Assembly (NCBI GenBank): GCA_963526005.1
Contig: CAURMP010000001.1
Coordinates: 1-57,216 of the forward strand
Origin: an uncultured Streptococcus sp.
Lineage (GTDB): Bacteria; Bacillota; Bacilli; Lactobacillales; Aerococcaceae
Direction of reading: 5' to 3'
DNA length: 57,216 bases
Below, in pieces: positions 52,891 through 57,216 of the stretch. Numbering within the stretch: the stretch's first letter is position 1; every line of letters begins with the position of its first letter. Made by a program: the position numbers and the translations under genes. The notes beneath the pieces are model-generated. The model saw only the letters and a list, made by a program, of their open reading frames with translations, ran no database searches and was not told the origin of the DNA.

Positions 52891-54618
52891 CTATACGAAT
52901 AAATCGAGGTTACGTTTATACGCAACCCAGGCATCTATTAATGCTGCAACGTTATCGATCTTTTCATCGGCACGTTTTTTAGACAATTTATAGTTACCGT
53001 TGTTATCTTGGATAGCGACGGCATTACCCATCGCAAACTTCATTAGTTCTTCATCAAATATGAGAAGACGTTCCATAGCCAAGTTTTTCAACTCACCCAT
53101 CGGAACAGATTCGGTTTTGGCACCTTGAATAACTTTCTCGACACCAAATTCACCGTTATCTCGGGTCCATCTTTCCACAAATTCTCGAGCATTATACGGG
53201 TCAAAGCCAAATGCATATACGATATATTTGTGTGAATAGATCATTTCAGTTAGGTCATCATACACTTTATTCAAGTCTAAGACAACACCATCCATTACAA
53301 TTAACGTTCCTTCAGCAATCAGTTCATCATAACGATTACGCATCGCTGAAGTTAGTTTCTTGAGTTTTGATTCGCAGACATAAGATCTAGTTTTTATACC
53401 AAATCGTCCACGACCAAGTGGAAATAGAAATGTGAATGCACAGAAGTCATCCCCTTGTGAAAGGTCAGCACCCATTGCGCATTCAAGACCATCGAAGTTT
53501 TGGGGTCTATGTGGAATTGTTTCTTCATACACAAAGAAATAAGTATAACCTTCAACTGGGATACCAAAACGTTTAGCTAAAGTATCAGCTCTTGTTGCAG
53601 GTTGATTTTCGGCACGCTCTACTTCATTTCTGTATGTTTCATAAGACACTGTAGCACCCAAATTAGGATTAGCTTTCAACCACATATCAGGATATGCAAC
53701 TTCACGAACGTCATCTAATCGGTAATACCATATAGACACGTGGGGGTTGAAATATCGTCCTTCTAAAATGTCCACCAATTCCATCTTGATAGTATCCCCT
53801 ACCCCATCACGAGCTGTACCTTCCGAGGAAGTAGCTATGATGAGATAGTTCTCGTTCTTTGAGGCTCCTTGTTCAATGGCACCAATTACGTCCTCTCGGA
53901 CTTCACCAGATAGCCATTCATCGACAGAGGCGTATTTACAACGAAGACCTTGAAGTTTGTCAATGGACATCGGTCGGATCTCCAATAGACTATTCGTTGC
54001 GAAATTCTCTACACCCTTTTTAGTGGATGCCAAGAGCTGCTTCTGGGTTAAATTCCCAGTCATTTTAGAACCCTGGACCATGTAGCGAATTAAAGGACCT
54101 TTTGCGCGACTAAGAGCCGTTCGGAATGGACCCATAATTTCTTCGGCTTGCTTCATGGTAGGAGCAGCGACAATCTGGTGGGTTGTAGAAGTATCAATCA
54201 ACAACATGTAAGCTTGCATGTATGTTGAATACAATGATTTAGCGGCACCACGTCCTACTATCAAGTATTGTTTCGTGGTAAGTCGCTTGAATTTTGATTT
54301 TGTTTCCCATTTACCGAGCTTAGGATTGTATACCTTATCTTCGGAAATGTAGAACCAAGCGAGGGCGCATTCTGCCCATAATTTAAAGGACGGTAGAAGA
54401 GTAACATCACTACCATCTGTCAGAGTCATCTCATTTTCGCAAAATCTAACAAAGCCCTCAATCGCTTGATTATCATAGTAATAATCCGGTGACTCAATCA
54501 AGAAGTCGATTCGGTTCATTTCCAGTGACACCATCCGATTGACCGGAATTTCACCTCTAAGAACTTGTTCCTTAAACTTCATATACTCTTCCGGATATGC
54601 TTTATTCGATAATACCAA
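52891..54618 (-). CDS. terL: Terminase large subunit
   Basis: VGRGAAKS Walker A, ASVDEW Walker B, GADLSQGDDF nuclease motif, KIDNVAA. Confidence 0.95.
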   Translation of the reverse strand: MVLSNKAYPEEYMKFKEQVLRGEIPVNRMVSLEMNRIDFLIESPDYYYDNQAIEGFVRFCENEMTLTDGSDVTLLPSFKLWAECALAWFYISEDKVYNPKLGKWETKSKFKRLTTKQYLIVGRGAAKSLYSTYMQAYMLLIDTSTTHQIVAAPTMKQAEEIMGPFRTALSRAKGPLIRYMVQGSKMTGNLTQKQLLASTKKGVENFATNSLLEIRPMSIDKLQGLRCKYASVDEWLSGEVREDVIGAIEQGASKNENYLIIATSSEGTARDGVGDTIKMELVDILEGRYFNPHVSIWYYRLDDVREVAYPDMWLKANPNLGATVSYETYRNEVERAENQPATRADTLAKRFGIPVEGYTYFFVYEETIPHRPQNFDGLECAMGADLSQGDDFCAFTFLFPLGRGRFGIKTRSYVCESKLKKLTSAMRNRYDELIAEGTLIVMDGVVLDLNKVYDDLTEMIYSHKYIVYAFGFDPYNAREFVERWTRDNGEFGVEKVIQGAKTESVPMGELKNLAMERLLIFDEELMKFAMGNAVAIQDNNGNYKLSKKRADEKIDNVAALIDAWVAYKRNLDLFV

Positions 54619-54630
54619 AATGTTTATCTC

Positions 54631-55125
54631 CTATTTGAAAATTTTCACAGTTTCATTAAACGCATGTCCAGTATCTCTACCTAATGTGGCAAGGTTCTTA
54701 GTCAATTGCGAGTAATTTTTTGGATTCTTTGTTAGCAAATCTTTAGTGATTGTCTGAACAGCAGTATCTCTGATAAGTTTACCAGTTTCTCTACCGAATG
54801 AACCAAATGATTTTTGGCCACCAGGATTAGACAATCGATTTGATCGTTGAACCTGTTCTGCGAAATCGTTCTCCAAGCGCAATCGATTAGTTGCTTCTCT
54901 CAAGTCATGAGAAGTCATCATATGTCTACTATGATACTTCTTATTCCAAGCAGCTCCTGCTTTACGACTTGCTTTTTTCAACTGACGCATCTTTGAACGC
55001 TCTGATCGATTCTTACGGAATCCCCATCGCATTCCTTTGATGCCGAAGTGCTCGATGATATCATCGCTTTCGTTTCCTTTAATCGCGTGGAGTAGTTCTG
55101 GATTCATTAAGTCGTTCTGGATCAT
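54631..55125 (-). CDS. Basic HxGxxGMxWG-tag protein
   Basis: ELLHA...DIIEHFGIKGMRWG; K/R-rich. Confidence 0.8.
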   Translation of the reverse strand: MIQNDLMNPELLHAIKGNESDDIIEHFGIKGMRWGFRKNRSERSKMRQLKKASRKAGAAWNKKYHSRHMMTSHDLREATNRLRLENDFAEQVQRSNRLSNPGGQKSFGSFGRETGKLIRDTAVQTITKDLLTKNPKNYSQLTKNLATLGRDTGHAFNETVKIFK

Positions 55126-55456
55126 TAAACTTCTCCTTTTGAATGATTATACGATGCGCTGTGGATTGAAGAGATTTCTCTAAAGAAGTTAACACACTCC
55201 CTGCTGGAGGATCAAACTTGAGACGAATATTAATGTAGATGAATTGTTTAACCAATCTCAAAAGATTTTTATCATCAATATCTAGTAAGCCTTTCCATTC
55301 TGCATCAGTATTCATAACAAAACTGTTATTTACGAATGTCAGTTGTGATAGCTCACCAATGATACCATCTAATTCCATGATTAATCTCGAATCAAATCCT
55401 GTATCTTCTTCTGAAGCGAAATCTAACGTTGTCTTAACATCGTTAAGAATTGTCAT
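55079..55456 (-). CDS. Head-to-tail adaptor (gp6-like)
   Basis: TILNDVKTTL...FDSRLIM...RLKFDPP. Confidence 0.7.
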   Translation of the reverse strand: MTILNDVKTTLDFASEEDTGFDSRLIMELDGIIGELSQLTFVNNSFVMNTDAEWKGLLDIDDKNLLRLVKQFIYINIRLKFDPPAGSVLTSLEKSLQSTAHRIIIQKEKFNDPERLNESRTTPRD

Positions 55457-55465
55457 ATATCCACC

Positions 55466-55900
55466 TCACCATAGTTTAGTGTCTCCAGGGCATCTTTCTA
55501 TAAACACAAGAGATGGTTCATTTGTTTGACCGTAATGAATGATGTTGTGAGTTCCATATGATGTTGTAATCAATAGGTCGGGATTAAGAATAATTTCTTC
55601 TCTCCATTGTAGTATATCATCCTCAATAAGAGGAATCATATGATGTACTAAAGGAGGTCCTTCTATCTCTACACCAGGAACGCCCAAGTCATAACCCATA
55701 TCACGAGCTATAACTTCTTCACGTAAATCTCTCCACATTCTAGACTTATAAAATTTATTTGAAATTTCTCGAGGCGATTGATAACCTCGATTTGCTAATG
55801 ATAGAAAGTTCAATCTATCACCAAAGTCTTTAAATTCTAAAAGTTTGGAATAGCTGAGATCTCTAAGAATAGAACGTTGTTCGTCTAGTTGAAGTATCAT
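55466..55900 (-). CDS. HNH endonuclease (packaging-associated type)
   Basis: FYKSRMWRDLREEVIARD...VHHMIP...THNIIH; located between the cos region and the terminase. Confidence 0.8.
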   Translation of the reverse strand: MILQLDEQRSILRDLSYSKLLEFKDFGDRLNFLSLANRGYQSPREISNKFYKSRMWRDLREEVIARDMGYDLGVPGVEIEGPPLVHHMIPLIEDDILQWREEIILNPDLLITTSYGTHNIIHYGQTNEPSLVFIERCPGDTKLW

Positions 55901-56211
55901 AGGGTTTCTGACGGAGCATAACCACGAATAGCACGAATAACTTCTTCGCTGTCTCCTTTACCTTTCACTTCACTGTTCAACAATTCAATCTTAGAATCAT
56001 TCAATGTTTTCTTGGATCTTAGATTTTCCAACTGGAGTTCATTTTCAATTGTACCGTATCGGAGTAATGCATTCAAAGTACTTGGTGCAATAGTTCCATC
56101 GGCTAGTTGTTTTTCTGCCAAGTCGAAAGCTTTCTTTGTGAGTTTCTGCATTCGACCATCTGGCGTTAGTGCTTGTCGAGGTATTACCTCATTATTTCTT
56201 CTCCGGCTCAT
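55897..56211 (-). CDS. Conserved hypothetical protein, possible terminase small subunit
   Basis: DLAEKQLADGT motif; position in the packaging module. Confidence 0.5.
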   Translation of the reverse strand: MSRRRNNEVIPRQALTPDGRMQKLTKKAFDLAEKQLADGTIAPSTLNALLRYGTIENELQLENLRSKKTLNDSKIELLNSEVKGKGDSEEVIRAIRGYAPSETL

Positions 56212-56539
56212 ATAGAGATACCTCCGGAGTAGAAGTTAAATCCTGAAGTCGGCGTAATTCTTGAACTGAGTGTTCAATATAATCTTCAGCTTGTTCCGCT
56301 GTTAATTTTACACCAGTCTCTTGAGCGAAGCTTAAAAGTTTATTCATAGCTTCACGTTTCTTGTCATCATTCGGAATCAGTACTGAATCTAGTGATGATA
56401 CAATGATCATTGCACGGTCCGCCAATGTCTGAATTGACTTGTTGTGTGTAACTGCTCCTAAGAGCTTTACAAGATTTACTACAACAGGCGCAACAATAAT
56501 TAATACTGTAACAACATCAATAATTTTGTCAATGCTCAT
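56192..56539 (-). CDS. Holin (LL-H type)
   Basis: N-terminal TM helix, then ADRAMIIV...DKKREA...IEHSV. Confidence 0.75.
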   Translation of the reverse strand: MSIDKIIDVVTVLIIVAPVVVNLVKLLGAVTHNKSIQTLADRAMIIVSSLDSVLIPNDDKKREAMNKLLSFAQETGVKLTAEQAEDYIEHSVQELRRLQDLTSTPEVSLYEPEKK

Positions 56540-56945
56540 TCTTTAGATCCCTTTCTTTTAATTCTTCAACGTAGTCGTTTACGATTCTTGTAACATAAGA
56601 GTTGTATCCCTTTTCAGCATACTCGCCGTAAAGAGTTAAGACCTCATTCTTAGATAATCGACCAGATTGAATACCTGTGATGATTTGCAAACGAAGAAAG
56701 TCTCTCTCTTGGTTCCTCTGCATCTCTTGGAAACTCGTAGTTAAAGCGTTGAGTGTGTTTTTAATACCCTCAATCTCTTCATTCTGTTTCTTCTCCAAGT
56801 TGGTCCACAACTTCTTGAAGACTTTAACACCGAAACCGATGATGGAGGCGCCTACACCAATGTAAACACCTATCTGTGAAAGAACTTCAGGAGATATTAA
56901 CCACATTAGCAACGCTTTGAGGTGCATATACACATCATCGGGCAT
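56529..56945 (-). CDS. Membrane protein, holin/antiholin-like
   Basis: TM helix, coiled coil and Y..Y...GYNSYV motif; GAAAGGAG SD. Confidence 0.65.
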   Translation of the reverse strand: MPDDVYMHLKALLMWLISPEVLSQIGVYIGVGASIIGFGVKVFKKLWTNLEKKQNEEIEGIKNTLNALTTSFQEMQRNQERDFLRLQIITGIQSGRLSKNEVLTLYGEYAEKGYNSYVTRIVNDYVEELKERDLKNEH

Positions 56946-57030
56946 AGTTAGTTCTCCTTTCAAGTGACATCGACCGCAGTTTAAAAGACCTAAATTGGAC
57001 TTTTAAACCCCTCCGGAGAAATTTCAGAGT

Positions 57031-57039
57031 GGTGCGGCG
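57031..57039 (-). other. Candidate cos site (9-nt 3' overhang CGCCGCACC)
   Basis: GC-rich island in the gap between the last and first genes, flanked by hairpins; resembles the CGCCGNNCT ends recalled for related phages. Confidence 0.55.
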
Positions 57040-57113
57040 ATGCAAAGGGGTCGGGAATTTTCGCGACCCTCCCCCTATGGGGTGTCTAATTTTTTATTTT
57101 TAAATTAAACTTA

Positions 57114-57216
57114 TTATTCTTCACCATCATTTGTAGGTAGACGGATTGGAGTCTTCGTGTTTGGTTTGCATACAGTCCAAACGTCTGAGATTGGACCATC
57201 ATCTATGATCCAGTTC
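57114..57216 (-). CDS. C-terminal part of the gene starting at 212
   Basis: ...NWIIDDGPISDVWTVCKPNTKTPIRLPTNDGEE*, in frame with 1-212. Confidence 0.75.
   Translation of the reverse strand, partial: NWIIDDGPISDVWTVCKPNTKTPIRLPTNDGEE

Noticed and set aside
55466..55900. HNH as a homing endonuclease or intron
   Set aside because: It is a small free-standing HNH in the packaging module, typical of cos phages, and it interrupts no gene.
562..56865. All plus-strand ORFs in the track (for example 10615-11079, 29920-30396, 39868-40440, 51397-52107)
   Set aside because: Almost all are antisense shadows of well-supported minus-strand genes, and the rest (for example 9453-9692) sit in the putative ori gap. 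None shows a recognisable motif or a convincing SD.
1..57216. Lysogeny module, or GATC (Dpn) site avoidance
   Set aside because: No integrase, repressor or divergent genes were seen. GATC occurs frequently by eye (not counted).

Overview
The window looks like a complete, circularly permuted ~57.2 kb genome of a virulent long-tailed dsDNA phage. One small gene runs in frame across the two ends, and essentially every real gene is on the minus strand. A Pal-like Amidase_5 endolysin with choline-binding repeats points to a mitis-group Streptococcus host. From recall, not a search, the gene set and order resemble Lactococcus phage 1706 and the Rhodococcus ReqiPepy6 / actinophage AM-AU-BI-CC-DJ group. 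Reading in the direction of transcription (high to low coordinates): putative cos (~57031-57039), holins, HNH, terminase, portal, protease-capsid fusion, tail genes, a promoter/terminator-delimited cassette region of small genes (~28.2-20.8 kb), conserved hypotheticals, lysin, putative ori, helicase-primase-PolB fusion, SSB, SF2 helicase, VRR-NUC, PD-(D/E)XK nuclease, and a single-subunit DFDGD (YonO/cRdRP-like) RNA polymerase. The most interesting signal is a candidate virion cargo-loading and early-transcription system. Five basic proteins and the RNA polymerase share an N-terminal D-x-[IL]-x-H|xG...WG tag. Its [DE]-x-[IL]-x-H core recurs in the protease-capsid linker and at the portal N-terminus, consistent with prohead-protease sites. 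Eight copies of a 25-bp non-sigmaA promoter-like motif (CGCA-N14-TATAATG) precede small membrane peptides, a tRNA-like RNA with an abnormal anticodon arm and a hairpin mini-RNA. A tandem hairpin RNA displaying orphan Shine-Dalgarno sequences lies in the same region. All family assignments come from recognising motifs by eye; no database searches were run.
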